DNA of 63,490 bases from an uncultured Acidimicrobiaceae bacterium (GCA_903929185.1 CAIYTS010000140.1:1-63490); one strand, 5' to 3'. Shown: positions 46,649-57,841, counted from the stretch's first letter. A program made the numbers and translations. Notes: generated from the sequence alone by a model not told the origin.

Positions 46649-46951
46649 ATGATGCGTCGCATGTTTTGGTTTGTGTCTGGGGCCGTTGCCGGAGCAAGCA
46701 TTGTGGTCTGGGTGAAACGAACCATCGTGTCTGTTTCAGAAAAGTTGACACCTGCCAACATCGCTGATGCCATCGCAGCCGGAGTCAGGCGCAGCATCAT
46801 TGCGCTCTCCGATGGCGTGATGTCCTTGGTGGACAACTATCGCAATCGGGATTCGACTGGATCTGCAACGCCATCGTCTTCGATGCCGAGGACGTCCTCT
46901 AATTCGACCCGCCGTCATAACCCACCCCGCCAGAGAACCAGCCATCGCTAA
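46649..46951 (+). CDS. Hypothetical small membrane-anchored protein
   Basis: 100 aa with an N-terminal TM helix (FWFVSGAVAGASIVVWV) and a Ser/Thr/Arg/Pro-rich disordered tail. No family recognised; coding status is moderately supported only by position and ORF length. Confidence 0.45.
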   Translation: MMRRMFWFVSGAVAGASIVVWVKRTIVSVSEKLTPANIADAIAAGVRRSIIALSDGVMSLVDNYRNRDSTGSATPSSSMPRTSSNSTRRHNPPRQRTSHR

Positions 46952-46963
46952 GATGGTGCCTTC

Positions 46964-49597
46964 ATGGCATCGTCACACAGCTCCAGTATCCCGCGCTCAG
47001 CTGATGCGCTTCGTGGAGCCTTTTCTGGCTATTTTGCCGACAAAGGACACACTGTTGTTCCGTCGGCCAGTCTGATTCCTCATGACCCCACCTTGTTGTT
47101 CACGGTGGCAGGCATGGTGCCGTTTAAGCCGTACTTCATGGGTGATGAAGTTGCTCCCTACAACAGAGCTGTCACTGTTCAAAAATGTGTTCGAGCCGGT
47201 GGGAAACATAACGACCTCGACGAAGTAGGTCGTACGAAACGTCACCTTGTCTTTTTCGAGATGCTCGGCAATTTCAGTTTCGGTGACTATTTCAAATCTG
47301 ACGCAATTCCCTGGTCATGGGAACTGGTCACAGAGGTTTTCGGATTCGATGGCGATCGTTTGTGGATCACTGTCCATGAATCAGATGATGAAGCCGAAGC
47401 AATGTGGCATGAACAAGTCGGAGTGCCAATGAATCGCATTCAGCGACTTGGCGACAAAGACAATTTCTGGCAAGCAGGGGATACCGGACCATGCGGACCA
47501 TGCTCTGAAATTCATATTGACCGCGGAGCAGCATTTGGACCTGATGGTGGTCCTGCAAATGATCCAACCGGTGATCGGTTTATGGAGTTTTGGAACCTTG
47601 TATTTATGCAGTACAACCAAGCTCCTGATGGCTCGCGTTCGCCGTTGCCCAAACCAAGTATCGACACGGGCGCTGGTTTAGAGCGGATTCTTGCGCTGGT
47701 ACAAGGTGTTGACTCGGTCTGGGAAACAGACGTGTTGTTCCCCATCATTGAACAAGCTCAGTCCACAACGGGCGCGCACTACAAAATTGGCGATTACGAA
47801 GACCGTAATAGTTTCAGCTTGCGAGTCTTGGCAGAGCATGCGCGTTCAGCAGCGATGCTCATCAACGACGGAGTATTTCCAAGTAATGAAAACCGTGGGT
47901 ACGTGTTGCGGCGCATTATTCGTCGAGCAGTTCGTCACGCGTATTTACTCGGTACTGAAAAATTGGTGATGCCATCATTGGCTAATACGGCAATTGATGT
48001 CATGGCTACTGCGTATCCCGATGTGGCGAAGAACAAGGATTTCGTTCTTGGTGTGCTCACAAAAGAAGAAGAACGCTTCCGTCATACCTTGAAGACTGGT
48101 TTGTCGATCCTTGAAGACGATCTGTCGGGTGGCAATAAGAAGTTGTCCGGAAGGTCCGCGTTCTTGTTGCACGATACGTATGGCTTTCCATTGGAACTCA
48201 CACAAGAAATTGCTAGTGAGCGCGGAGTCGATGTCGACATTGCTGGCTTTCAGTCAGAAATGAATGAACAAAAGACACGAGCTAAGAGCGCACGCAAATC
48301 AGGCCGTTCTGATGCGGACCGGGTAGAGGCTTACCGCGAAGTCATGGAGGCTCACGGAGTCACAGAGTTTGTAGGTTATGTTCATGATTCGTCTGAGTCG
48401 ACTGTTCTTGCGGTCATTGACGGTGACGACTCATGTGTTGAAGTCTTCCTCGATCACACGCCGTTTTATGCAGAGAGTGGTGGCCAAGTCGGCGATATCG
48501 GCACCATCATCGGCGACGGTTTCGAATTATCAGTGATTGATACGAATTTTGCATTGCCAGGACTACGCCGACATGTGTGTCGTGTCGTGTCAGGTGAGCC
48601 CACTGAAGGGGTCGCTGTCACTGCACGAATCAATGTTGATGCGCGTACAGCCACGCGTCGTAATCACACCGGCACGCATGTATTGCACTGGGCTCTTCGA
48701 ACAGTCCTGGGCGAGCATGTGAAGCAAGCGGGATCCCTTGTGTCTCCTGATCGGTTGCGTTTTGACTTCAGTCACTATGACGCAGTGACCGCAGAAGAAA
48801 TCATGAAAATTGAGACCTTGGCAAATGCACAGGTCTTGACCAATTCGCCTGTCACCGCTACTGAATCGTCAAAAGAAGAAGCACTCGCTGCTGGCGCAAT
48901 TGCATTCTTCGGAGATAAGTACGGTGATGTTGTGCGTGTGCTGAATGCAGGTGCATCAACTGAATTGTGCGGCGGTACACATGTGTCGGCTACTGGCGAC
49001 ATCGGATTCATCAAAATTATTGGCGAATCGTCAATCGGCTCCAACTTGCGTCGTATCGAGGCGGTCACCGGCGCAAATGCCGTTTCATATATGCAACGCA
49101 ATGATGCCATTTTGAATGAGATATCTCAGGCTGTCGGAGTGCGCCCTGATGAAGCTGCATCCGGAGTGTTGCGCAGACTTGATGAACTGAAAGCTGCGAA
49201 TGATGAGATCAAGGTCTTGCGCGGCAAGTTATCCGTCGGACGTGCAGTTGAATTAGCCGCTACAGCAGTAGATGGTCTTGTTGTTGCGCGTGTTGATGGC
49301 CTTACCGCTGGTGACGTACGCGATCTTGCTGTTGCAATTCGCCAACAGCCTGGTGTTATTGCCGTCATCGTTGGTGCTGTTACAGACACTGGGGGAGTAT
49401 CACTCGTAGCGGCCACCACGCCAGCAGTAAAAGGCAATGCATCTGAACTTATTAAAGAAGCTGCGCAGGCAGTTGGTGGAGGCGGCGGTGGTAAAGGTGA
49501 CATCGCAACAGCTGGTGGAAAGAATCCGGCTGCCCTCGACGAAGCGTTACAACTTGCACGGGACAAGACCCGAGCCGCTATCGGTTCGATTGCATAA
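46964..49597 (+). CDS. alaS: Alanine--tRNA ligase
   Basis: 877 aa with the class II core, the editing-domain zinc motif (HTGTHVLHWAL ... CGGTHV) and a C-terminal DHHA1-like domain. Confidence 0.97.
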   Translation: MASSHSSSIPRSADALRGAFSGYFADKGHTVVPSASLIPHDPTLLFTVAGMVPFKPYFMGDEVAPYNRAVTVQKCVRAGGKHNDLDEVGRTKRHLVFFEMLGNFSFGDYFKSDAIPWSWELVTEVFGFDGDRLWITVHESDDEAEAMWHEQVGVPMNRIQRLGDKDNFWQAGDTGPCGPCSEIHIDRGAAFGPDGGPANDPTGDRFMEFWNLVFMQYNQAPDGSRSPLPKPSIDTGAGLERILALVQGVDSVWETDVLFPIIEQAQSTTGAHYKIGDYEDRNSFSLRVLAEHARSAAMLINDGVFPSNENRGYVLRRIIRRAVRHAYLLGTEKLVMPSLANTAIDVMATAYPDVAKNKDFVLGVLTKEEERFRHTLKTGLSILEDDLSGGNKKLSGRSAFLLHDTYGFPLELTQEIASERGVDVDIAGFQSEMNEQKTRAKSARKSGRSDADRVEAYREVMEAHGVTEFVGYVHDSSESTVLAVIDGDDSCVEVFLDHTPFYAESGGQVGDIGTIIGDGFELSVIDTNFALPGLRRHVCRVVSGEPTEGVAVTARINVDARTATRRNHTGTHVLHWALRTVLGEHVKQAGSLVSPDRLRFDFSHYDAVTAEEIMKIETLANAQVLTNSPVTATESSKEEALAAGAIAFFGDKYGDVVRVLNAGASTELCGGTHVSATGDIGFIKIIGESSIGSNLRRIEAVTGANAVSYMQRNDAILNEISQAVGVRPDEAASGVLRRLDELKAANDEIKVLRGKLSVGRAVELAATAVDGLVVARVDGLTAGDVRDLAVAIRQQPGVIAVIVGAVTDTGGVSLVAATTPAVKGNASELIKEAAQAVGGGGGGKGDIATAGGKNPAALDEALQLARDKTRAAIGSIA

Positions 49598-49600
49598 TTC

Positions 49601-50029
49601 GTGAGAGTGCTTGGCATTGATCTCGGTTCAAAGCGAATCGGCATTGCAACATCTGATCGCAGTGGCACCATTGCAACTCCGTACACCGTATTGAAGCGAT
49701 GCGGATCAATGGGCGGGGATCATCGCAATATCGCAAAGATGGTCGTTGAAGAAGAGGCCGAAGCGGTCATCGTGGGACTTCCATTGAATATGGATGGATC
49801 AGAGGGGAAAGCCGCACAAGCTGCCCGAGTCGAAGCTGCACGCATGGCTACGGTTGTGGGAGTACCCGTTCATGTTCATGATGAACGTCTTACAACGGTG
49901 GAAGCAGATCGAGTGTTGATGGAACAAAAGATGAATGCTCAAGCGCGTCGGCGCGTTGTTGACAAAGTTGCCGCTGCGGTCATGTTGCAATCGTGGTTAG
50001 ATACGCAAGCTCATCAGGCCAAGTCATGA
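49601..50029 (+). CDS. ruvX: Holliday junction resolvase-like / pre-16S rRNA nuclease RuvX (YqgF)
   Basis: 142 aa starting VLGIDLGSKRIGIATSD, the YqgF family signature. Confidence 0.92.
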   Translation: MRVLGIDLGSKRIGIATSDRSGTIATPYTVLKRCGSMGGDHRNIAKMVVEEEAEAVIVGLPLNMDGSEGKAAQAARVEAARMATVVGVPVHVHDERLTTVEADRVLMEQKMNAQARRRVVDKVAAAVMLQSWLDTQAHQAKS

Positions 50030-51201
50030 CAGGCGATCCACTTCTTCCTAATAATTGGCATGACGATCCCTGGGATCGCGTCACCGCAGTATCAGATGAC
50101 TCACTTGAATCGACTCCACCAGAATTTCGTCAACTACGAGGTGTGACACGTACGGTCGCAATTGTTGTTGCTTCCTCTCTACTTCTTCTCGGATGCATGG
50201 GGTGGTGGACAGTTCGTGTTCTGAATCCGTCTGGTACGCCTGGTGTTGCTGTGAACTTCACGGTGAATGAAGGCGACAACATGTCTTCTGTTGCTTCACG
50301 ATTACAAGATGCTGGCATCATTCGTAATGCCACAATTTTTCGTTGGTATGTCTCCACGAAAGGCACGATTGCTTTAACTCCTGGTTATTACGCATTGAAG
50401 CCGAAAGATAATGCAGGTTCAATTATCGAAGCATTATCAACGCCGCCAGCTCAGACATTCATCTCTGTCACGTTCCCTGAAGGGATGACCGTTGCTCAAA
50501 TGGCTCAAAGGCTCTCAGAGAAAATGACTTTCATGAAGCCAGAGGATTTCATAGCAGCTGCAAATAGCCCTGACACAGCGTCGGCATTGCGTCCGAAAAC
50601 GGTTGCTTCCCTAGAAGGCTTATTGTTTCCTGACACGTATCAAATATCGGGCGATGATACGGAGTCTCGGGTGGTCGCACGCCTGGTGTCGATGATGGAA
50701 CGAGTATCTCGACAAGTTGACCTCACGGCAGGGGCGAAGGCTCGAGGATTTTCTCCATATGAAATTTTGATTGTTGCCTCATTGATTGAGCGTGAAGCGA
50801 AAGTCGCCACAGATCGGCCAAAGATTGCTCAGGTCATTTACAACCGCTTAGCAAAGAAGATGAAATTGGAAATCGATGCATCGGTGAAATACGGGCAAGA
50901 TCCGGCAATGACATGGACTGATATGAAAGCAACGGATACTCCATACAACACGTATGTACATGCGGGTCTGCCACCAACCCCAATAGCAAACCCTGGAAAA
51001 GCGTCTATTCAGGCGGCACTTGCGCCATTCGGAACGCCCCCTGCAACTGATGCCGCATGTATTGGTCTTGCAGCAGGAGTGAAATGTGAATATTTGTACT
51101 ACGTACTTGCCGATGCGGCGGGTGGTCATGTTTTTGCAACTACATATGAACAACACCTGCTCAACGTTGAGAAGGCAAAGGTTGCAGGACTACTTCCATG
51201 A
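50026..51201 (+). CDS. mltG: Endolytic murein transglycosylase MltG (YceG family)
   Basis: ATG 50026 forms an ATGA overlap with ruvX. N-terminal TM anchor and the YceG domain (LLFPDTYQ, ASLIEREA, NTYVHAGLPPTPIANPG). Confidence 0.9.
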   Translation: MTGDPLLPNNWHDDPWDRVTAVSDDSLESTPPEFRQLRGVTRTVAIVVASSLLLLGCMGWWTVRVLNPSGTPGVAVNFTVNEGDNMSSVASRLQDAGIIRNATIFRWYVSTKGTIALTPGYYALKPKDNAGSIIEALSTPPAQTFISVTFPEGMTVAQMAQRLSEKMTFMKPEDFIAAANSPDTASALRPKTVASLEGLLFPDTYQISGDDTESRVVARLVSMMERVSRQVDLTAGAKARGFSPYEILIVASLIEREAKVATDRPKIAQVIYNRLAKKMKLEIDASVKYGQDPAMTWTDMKATDTPYNTYVHAGLPPTPIANPGKASIQAALAPFGTPPATDAACIGLAAGVKCEYLYYVLADAAGGHVFATTYEQHLLNVEKAKVAGLLP

Positions 51202-52028
51202 GCACGATTGCAGCGGTTATTGGGTCACCCATATCTCATTCGCTTTCTCCTGCCATACATAACGCAGCATTCGCGGCTGCGCAACGAAGCGGCGAGTATG
51301 TCGCCGTGGAATGCGGGGTTGAAGAAGTTGAGACGACAATGGCAAACCTTCAATCGGCAGGTCTTGTCGGGATATCTGTCACGATGCCTCTCAAAGAAGC
51401 GGTCATTGACTACCTCGATTTTGTGACACCTGACGCCGACTTCTTAAATGCAGTGAATTGCATCTCGTTCGGTCCAAATGGATCCATTGGTCACAACACC
51501 GATGGTGACGGATGTTGTGATGCGTTGGTTGAACAAGGTGGGGCTCGCTTGCGTGGGGCAACCGTTGTGTTGCTCGGTGCTGGTGGCACAGCTCGCTCAA
51601 TTGCACTTGCGCTTGTTCGGCGTGGTGCACATGTGGTGATTGTCAATCGCACGCAGTCTCATGCGATGGATCTTGTCAATTCTTTTTCAGGCTTCGGAGA
51701 CGAAGTGTCAATTTCTGCTGGGAGTCAGAGCGCAATTGCATCAGCGTCAATACTGATTAATGCAACGTCTGTCGGAATGAATAGTTCTGATTTGCCAGTT
51801 GATTCATCGGTGCTTCATAACCGATTGACTGTCCTTGATGCCGTGTACTCACCGCTCGAGACTGCTTTGCTCTCAGCTGCTCGTGTGGCAGGCGCCACGG
51901 TGGTGGACGGGCTCTGGATGCTGATTCACCAAGCTCGACACCAGCAAAAACTCTGGTTTGGAGAATTCTCTGACGCATCAGCGATGCGATTAGCCGCAGA
52001 GCGGGAACTTTCCGCTCGCCGCAAGTAG
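51198..52028 (+). CDS. aroE: Shikimate dehydrogenase (NADP+)
   Basis: 276 aa with IGSPISHSLSP, VTMPLK, NTDG and GAGGTARS motifs. Confidence 0.93.
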   Translation: MSTIAAVIGSPISHSLSPAIHNAAFAAAQRSGEYVAVECGVEEVETTMANLQSAGLVGISVTMPLKEAVIDYLDFVTPDADFLNAVNCISFGPNGSIGHNTDGDGCCDALVEQGGARLRGATVVLLGAGGTARSIALALVRRGAHVVIVNRTQSHAMDLVNSFSGFGDEVSISAGSQSAIASASILINATSVGMNSSDLPVDSSVLHNRLTVLDAVYSPLETALLSAARVAGATVVDGLWMLIHQARHQQKLWFGEFSDASAMRLAAERELSARRK

Positions 52029-52038
52029 TCTGAAAACC

Positions 52039-53205
52039 GTGCTTAGGTACCTCACAGCCGGCGAATCTCATGGTCGCGCCCTCACAGTCATTGTTGAGGG
52101 TCTTCCTGCGGGCCTTCCCATTTTGGCCGAACATATTGAATCTGAATTAGCTCGTCGTCGACTTGGTTACGGCAGAGGTCCTCGTCAGCGCTTCGAAGAA
52201 GACCGCGTCACATTGGTCGGCGGAGTTCGTCATGGCCGCACGCTTGGTTCACCCATCTCCATCGAAATCCAAAACTCAGAATGGTTCCGCAGCGATAAGT
52301 GGCATGCAGAAATGTCGCCAGAGCCTGGTGCTACCGAATTTCCGCTCACTCAACCGCGCCCTGGTCATGCAGATCTTGTCGGAATGCAGAAGTACGGCTT
52401 TACAGATGCTCGCGATGTGCTGGAACGCGCAAGTGCCCGTGAGACAGCAGCGCGTGTGGCGGCTGGTGCGTTAGCTAAGCAGTTGTTGTCGCACCTCGGT
52501 GTCGGAGTTCTCAGTCACGTTGTTCGAATGGGAGATGCAGCTACCCCTGCAGTGACATTGCCCACGATGGCTGATCTTGCTGCTATTGATGCCTCCGAAG
52601 TGCGCTGTTTTTCAAAGACCGGTGAAGACGCAATGATCGCAGCTATTAAGTCTGCTGCTCGCGAAGGTGATTCCCTGGGCGGAATCGTGGAAGTCATTGC
52701 ACACGGCGTGCCAATCGGTTTGGGCAGTCATGTTCATTGGGATCGCAAGATTGACGCATTGTTGGCGCAAGCAATCATGAGCATCCAAGCAGTCAAAGGT
52801 GTCGAAATTGGTGACGGTTGGGAAATTGCCGGTCTTCGCGGCAGTCAAGCCCATGACCCCATCTCGTGGGACGCAACAGAACATCGTTATGTGCGTGACA
52901 GTCATCGTTCAGGTGGCACCGAAGGCGGAATCACTACAGGTGAACCTCTGATCGTGCGAGCAGCGATGAAGCCATTAGCCACTTTGAATAAGCCAACTCT
53001 GAAGACCGTTGACACAGTGACAAAAGAAGAAACTGTCAGTTTCAAAGAACGCACAGATGTCACGGCGGTTCCAGCTATGGGTGTTATTGCCGAGACAATG
53101 GTTGCACTAGTTCTTGCCGCAGAGGCGCAGCGTAAGTTCGGTGGAGACTCACTTTCCGAATTCATTCGCAATGCAACGTCATTTCGGGCAACACTAGAGT
53201 CGTGA
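52039..53205 (+). CDS. aroC: Chorismate synthase
   Basis: 388 aa starting MLRYLTAGESHG, with GRSSARETA-like (SARETAARVAAG) and GGISNG-like (GGTEGGITTGEP) motifs. Confidence 0.96.
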   Translation: MLRYLTAGESHGRALTVIVEGLPAGLPILAEHIESELARRRLGYGRGPRQRFEEDRVTLVGGVRHGRTLGSPISIEIQNSEWFRSDKWHAEMSPEPGATEFPLTQPRPGHADLVGMQKYGFTDARDVLERASARETAARVAAGALAKQLLSHLGVGVLSHVVRMGDAATPAVTLPTMADLAAIDASEVRCFSKTGEDAMIAAIKSAAREGDSLGGIVEVIAHGVPIGLGSHVHWDRKIDALLAQAIMSIQAVKGVEIGDGWEIAGLRGSQAHDPISWDATEHRYVRDSHRSGGTEGGITTGEPLIVRAAMKPLATLNKPTLKTVDTVTKEETVSFKERTDVTAVPAMGVIAETMVALVLAAEAQRKFGGDSLSEFIRNATSFRATLES

Positions 53206-53765
53206 CCCGTTCAGAACCCTCCATTGTCCTTGTTGGGCTTATGGGAACGGGTAAGACCACGGTGGCGCGATTACTCGCTGAACATCGTCACGTTGAACTT
53301 CTTGATACGGACAAATTGATTGAGTCTCGTGATGGCCGATCAGTTCGTGAGATTTTTGCTGAGTCCGGAGAAGCAGTTTTTCGCGAACTTGAAACTGAAG
53401 TTTTGCGCGAGTGTCTTTCTCGTCCCGGAAGCCCGATCATTGCGGGTGCCGGTGGTGTCGTTGTGCGTGAACAGAACAGGGCGCTCCTTGACGTTGCTCG
53501 AAATGCCGGCACTGCAGTAGTTGTCTGGTTGCATGCGCGGCCCGAGGTGCTAGCGGAACGCACGGCTAAGGGTGTTCACCGTCCGTTGCTAGATAATGAC
53601 CGAATGGGAACTTTGACACAGATGTCAGAAGACCGCGGGCCGCTCTATGCTTCGGTCGCAGACATAGTGATTGACGTATCGGATCGCAGTATTGAATCAG
53701 TTGTTGATTTGTTAATCGACGCACTTGACGAGCAAGAAGAATTTGCAGGAAATGATCATGAGTGA
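53202..53765 (+). CDS. aroK: Shikimate kinase
   Basis: 187 aa with Walker A GLMGTGKTTV, D(T)D and FRELE motifs. GTGA overlap with aroC. Confidence 0.92.
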   Translation: MTRSEPSIVLVGLMGTGKTTVARLLAEHRHVELLDTDKLIESRDGRSVREIFAESGEAVFRELETEVLRECLSRPGSPIIAGAGGVVVREQNRALLDVARNAGTAVVVWLHARPEVLAERTAKGVHRPLLDNDRMGTLTQMSEDRGPLYASVADIVIDVSDRSIESVVDLLIDALDEQEEFAGNDHE

Positions 53766-54792
53766 TGTTGTAGAAGAGATCGTCAATCTGGGAGACCGCT
53801 CATATTCCGTTGTGGTTGGTCACGGAGTGTTGTCTCATGCCAAGAACATGATCCCGGCTTCTGCACGTCGAGTTGCGATAGTGACTCAAGAGGGAATACC
53901 AGCAAAGTACATTCCCGCATTCGGAGACCTTGCGGTCTCAACCCATGTCATCGGAGAAGGTGAGAGTTATAAGACCCTCACCACTATTGAACGCTTGTGT
54001 CGTGAATTTTCTCAAGAGGGTCTTACTCGCGGAGACGTGATTGTTGCAGTAGGTGGCGGAATGGTTACTGATGTTGCTGGGTTCGCTGCTGCGTCGTATC
54101 ACCGGGGAATACCCGTGGTGCACGTGGCTACATCATTGTTGGCCATGATTGATGCTGCTGTTGGCGGCAAGACAGGCGTCAATATCGCTGAAGGTAAAAA
54201 CCTTGTGGGCGCATATTGGCAACCTCATGGCGTTGTGTGTGAGATGGATGCACTTGACACATTGCCTGCGCGCGAGATGCGGTGTGGTCTTGGCGAGATG
54301 GCTAAGTATCACTTTATTGTCCGTGAGGACCTGAGTTCATTGTCGATGGTTGACCGAATTGCTCGCTGTGTTCGTATCAAGGCTGACATTGTGTCTGCTG
54401 ATGAGCGCGAAGGCGGTATCCGTGCGCTATTGAATTACGGACACACGCTGGCTCATGCGTTAGAGATTGCAACTGATTTTTCCATTGCGCACGGCGAAGC
54501 TGTGGCCATTGGTGTGTTGTATGCAGCACACCTAGCTCACCGGATGGGTCGCATTGACGCTGATCGTGTTGATCAACACTACGAAGTTGTGCATGGTGTG
54601 TACGGCCTTCGTCATGCATTGCCGAACGGCATAACGCCAGATCAGCTCATTATTGATATGGGTAGAGATAAGAAAGCAATTGATTCGATCACTTTTGTTC
54701 TCGACTCAGCAACTGGTCTCGAAGTGGTCTCTGGGATTTCAGATACCAAAATTCGCGAAGCTCTCGTAGATCTCATCGCTCGACTGGGGTAG
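53758..54792 (+). CDS. aroB: 3-dehydroquinate synthase
   Basis: GGGMVTDVAGFAAASYHRGIP, GGKTGVN and HTLAHALE motifs. ATG 53758 overlaps the aroK end; the ORF track start is 53725. Confidence 0.94.
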   Translation: MSDVVEEIVNLGDRSYSVVVGHGVLSHAKNMIPASARRVAIVTQEGIPAKYIPAFGDLAVSTHVIGEGESYKTLTTIERLCREFSQEGLTRGDVIVAVGGGMVTDVAGFAAASYHRGIPVVHVATSLLAMIDAAVGGKTGVNIAEGKNLVGAYWQPHGVVCEMDALDTLPAREMRCGLGEMAKYHFIVREDLSSLSMVDRIARCVRIKADIVSADEREGGIRALLNYGHTLAHALEIATDFSIAHGEAVAIGVLYAAHLAHRMGRIDADRVDQHYEVVHGVYGLRHALPNGITPDQLIIDMGRDKKAIDSITFVLDSATGLEVVSGISDTKIREALVDLIARLG

Positions 54793-54794
54793 TC

Positions 54795-55337
54795 ATGTAT
54801 CGCACTGAGCGACTGGTGATGCGCGAATGGCACGAGTCAGATGTTGAACCGTTCGCGCAGATGTGCGCTGACCCGAATGTCATGAGATATTTTCCATCAG
54901 TAATGACACCATCCGAATGTGAGGCTTTCGTTACACGGGCAGATGCGGCAATTACTGAGCGTGGTTTTGGGCTGTGGGCAATAGAAGTTGATGGCAGGTT
55001 TGCTGGGTTCACCGGATTAGCCATTGCGTCGTTTGACGTTTCCTTTACGCCATGTGTCGAAGTTGGCTGGCGGTTGGCTTCGTGGGCGTGGGGTAAGGGC
55101 TATGCCACTGAGGCTGCGAAGGAAGCACTGCGAATCGGATTTGAAGAGCATGATATTCCTGAGATTTTTTCGTTTACGACTGAAACAAATACGCCGAGTG
55201 AGTCCGTGATGAAGAGAATCGGAATGAAGCGCCGCGAGGACCTGGACTTCGATCATCCGAATACGCCTGGATGGTGGGGGCAACCCCACATTGTTTATTC
55301 CATCGATCAGGCAACCTGGGCGGAGTACGGTGGCTGA
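54795..55337 (+). CDS. GNAT family N-acetyltransferase (RimJ/RimL-like)
   Basis: 180 aa starting TERLVMREWHESDVEPF, with WGKGYATEAAKEAL (acetyl-CoA binding loop). Confidence 0.85.
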   Translation: MYRTERLVMREWHESDVEPFAQMCADPNVMRYFPSVMTPSECEAFVTRADAAITERGFGLWAIEVDGRFAGFTGLAIASFDVSFTPCVEVGWRLASWAWGKGYATEAAKEALRIGFEEHDIPEIFSFTTETNTPSESVMKRIGMKRREDLDFDHPNTPGWWGQPHIVYSIDQATWAEYGG

Positions 55338-55338
55338 T

Positions 55339-55782
55339 ATGTCTATGTCGTCCATTCTTCTTTTACATGGTCCAAACCTGAATCTTCTTGGCACACGCGA
55401 ACCAGAGGTGTACGGCCATGCAACGTTGGCGGACCATGTAGCAACGGTTGTTGCGGCGGCATCAACACACGGCATCGTTGTAGAGCATCTTCAGTCCAAT
55501 ACTGAGGGCGAGATGGTGAATGCGATTCACGCAGCCAAGGGCAAAGCAGATGGAATCATCATTAATGCCGGGGCTTTCACTCATTACTCGTGGGCTGTTC
55601 ATGACGCCTTGAAGTCGTATCCCGGCAATGTGATCGAGGTACATCTATCTAACCCTGGCGCGCGTGAACAGTTTCGTCACGTCAGTGTGTTGGCTCCCGT
55701 CGTGAACGGAACCATTTCCGGATTCGGTGGACTCGGGTATGCATTGGCCGTTGAGGCACTGGTCGAATTAGCCGCACAGTAA
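55339..55782 (+). CDS. aroQ: Type II 3-dehydroquinate dehydratase
   Basis: ATG 55339 lies 1 nt after the GNAT stop. It has ILLLHGPNLNLLGTREPEVYG, IINAGAFTHYS and HLSN motifs. Confidence 0.95.
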   Translation: MSMSSILLLHGPNLNLLGTREPEVYGHATLADHVATVVAAASTHGIVVEHLQSNTEGEMVNAIHAAKGKADGIIINAGAFTHYSWAVHDALKSYPGNVIEVHLSNPGAREQFRHVSVLAPVVNGTISGFGGLGYALAVEALVELAAQ

Positions 55783-56870
55783 TGGACGTATCTCGACGCC
55801 TGTCTCGTCTCAGTGCGAGTAGTGCAGCCGATTTTGTATTGGTTCTTCGGCTAGAAGACATCCGTTGGTTGACGGGCTTTACAGGTGGCACAGCACAATT
55901 GGTGGTGCAGCGTTCGACGCATGATGCTTGGCTGTTAGTAGATGGTCGATATTTTGAACGTGCGATAGCCGAAACCTCGACATCACAGGCATTGGTGCAT
56001 GTTGAACGTGTGATTGCAGACATCACGACAGAAGAGATGATCGGACGCATTGTTGATACGTCAGGGCTTGCCGTAGATCCATCGCATCTCACTGCTCATC
56101 ACATGACAACGCTGCAAAATGTCTGCACAGTTCATTCTGAAAAAACTCAACTAGATGATCTTCGCCGTGTGAAAGATGAATCAGAGATTGCACTAATTGC
56201 ACGAGCGGCAACCATTGCTGATATCGCTTTGGCGACAGTGGTAGCTGATGGCTTGATGGGTAAGTCAGAAAAACAGATCCGCAATCAACTTGATCATCTG
56301 ATGAGAGAGGGCGGAGCAGATGATGTGGCGTTCGAGACAATCGTTGCGACTGGGCCAAATGGCGCACGCCCTCATCATGAACCAAGTAACGACCACGTTG
56401 AGAGCGGTCATGGAGTCGTAATTGATTTTGGCGCAATGGTCGATGGCTACAAGAGCGATATGACGCGCACCATTCGTGTCGGTGCTGTATCTGGGGAATA
56501 TCAACGCATGTTTGAGCTGGTGCTCGAGGCGGAATCGGCAGGCATTGCATCTGTGAAAGCCGGAGTCCTTGGTGCGGCGGTTGATGCAGCGGCGAGGGCG
56601 GTTTTCCTGCGCGAAGGTGTTGACCACGAGTATGTCCACGGCACAGGGCACGGAATAGGCCTGTATATCCATGAACAACCCATCCTTTCGCCCCGGTGCA
56701 CAGCAGTTCTGGGTATCAATGAGGTGGTGACAGTGGAGCCTGGGCTCTATCGTGGTGGGGTAGGCGGCGTTCGAATCGAAGATTTGGTCGTTGTCACCGG
56801 CGATTCGTGCCGAATTCTTACGCAGACCCCCAAGGACCTCACATGCCCGCGATCACCACGAACGATCTGA
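55782..56870 (+). CDS. pepQ: M24 family Xaa-Pro aminopeptidase/dipeptidase
   Basis: 362 aa with a creatinase-like N-terminal domain and M24 metal ligands ([35 protein letters not shown]...RIED). Confidence 0.9.
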   Translation: MDVSRRLSRLSASSAADFVLVLRLEDIRWLTGFTGGTAQLVVQRSTHDAWLLVDGRYFERAIAETSTSQALVHVERVIADITTEEMIGRIVDTSGLAVDPSHLTAHHMTTLQNVCTVHSEKTQLDDLRRVKDESEIALIARAATIADIALATVVADGLMGKSEKQIRNQLDHLMREGGADDVAFETIVATGPNGARPHHEPSNDHVESGHGVVIDFGAMVDGYKSDMTRTIRVGAVSGEYQRMFELVLEAESAGIASVKAGVLGAAVDAAARAVFLREGVDHEYVHGTGHGIGLYIHEQPILSPRCTAVLGINEVVTVEPGLYRGGVGGVRIEDLVVVTGDSCRILTQTPKDLTCPRSPRTI

Positions 56871-57406
56871 AAAACGGAATCACACTCCAACTCGACAACG
56901 GACTCTTTACCGTTGTTGAATTCCAACACGTGAAGCCTGGAAAAGGTGGAGCCTTTGTGCGCACCAAGTTGCGCAACCTGAAGAACGGCAATGTATTAGA
57001 AAAAACCTTCAATGCGGGTATTCGTGTTGAACAAGCGATTCTTGACAAGCGTGACATGCAGTTCTTGTACAAAGACGGCGATGACTTCGTGTTCATGGAC
57101 ACTGATTCATACGACCAGATGACTGTGACACCAGCTGCTCTCGGTGATGCAGCGGATTATCTTGTGGAACAAGCAATGGCGATCATTGCGTATCACAACG
57201 GTGAAATCATCACAGTTGAAATTCCTGCATCTGCGGAGTTGGTTATCACTGATACTGAGCCTGGCGTACAGGGCGACCGTGTTTCGGGCGCTCGTAAGCC
57301 AGCCACTCTCGAAACTGGGAAAGTCATTCAAGTTCCTTTGTTCGTGAATGTCGGTGACAAAGTGAAAGTCGACACTCGCACCGGCGATTACGTCACACGC
57401 GTCTAA
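56843..57406 (+). CDS. efp: Elongation factor P
   Basis: ATG 56843 gives [46 protein letters not shown]. It overlaps the pepQ 3' end by 28 nt. The ORF track start is 56807. Confidence 0.95.
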   Translation: MPAITTNDLKNGITLQLDNGLFTVVEFQHVKPGKGGAFVRTKLRNLKNGNVLEKTFNAGIRVEQAILDKRDMQFLYKDGDDFVFMDTDSYDQMTVTPAALGDAADYLVEQAMAIIAYHNGEIITVEIPASAELVITDTEPGVQGDRVSGARKPATLETGKVIQVPLFVNVGDKVKVDTRTGDYVTRV

Positions 57407-57831
57407 TGGCGCGCGATCCGGAATCATTCCGCGCCAGTGACGAAAGAACTGATGCTCGCGAGCAGGCAGTTATTTTCCTATACGAATCTGAACAACGTTC
57501 AATGTCTCCACTCGAGTTATTGGCTGACAGGGGAGTTGCATCTGCTGACTTAACCGGTGAATTGCTGAACGGTATTGAAGCACACAGGGTCGCCATCGAT
57601 GAAACAATCGTTACTCACGCAAAAGGATGGGCGCTTGATCGCATGCCAGCTCTTGACCGTGCCATCCTTCGTCTCGCCATCTTTGAACTGACGTCTCGGC
57701 CTGATGTGCCCATCGCTGTGGTCATCGATGAAGCTGTTGAATTAGCGAAGAGATTCTCTACAGACGACTCCGGACGATTCGTCAACGGAGTCCTTGCAGC
57801 AGTGGCAAAGACTGCACGTCCCGTTCTGTAA
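57406..57831 (+). CDS. nusB: Transcription antitermination factor NusB
   Basis: 141 aa with AREQAVIFLYE, DRMPALDRAILRLAIFEL and INEAVELAK-like motifs. TAATG overlap with efp. Confidence 0.93.
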   Translation: MARDPESFRASDERTDAREQAVIFLYESEQRSMSPLELLADRGVASADLTGELLNGIEAHRVAIDETIVTHAKGWALDRMPALDRAILRLAIFELTSRPDVPIAVVIDEAVELAKRFSTDDSGRFVNGVLAAVAKTARPVL

Positions 57832-57841
57832 ATATGGATAC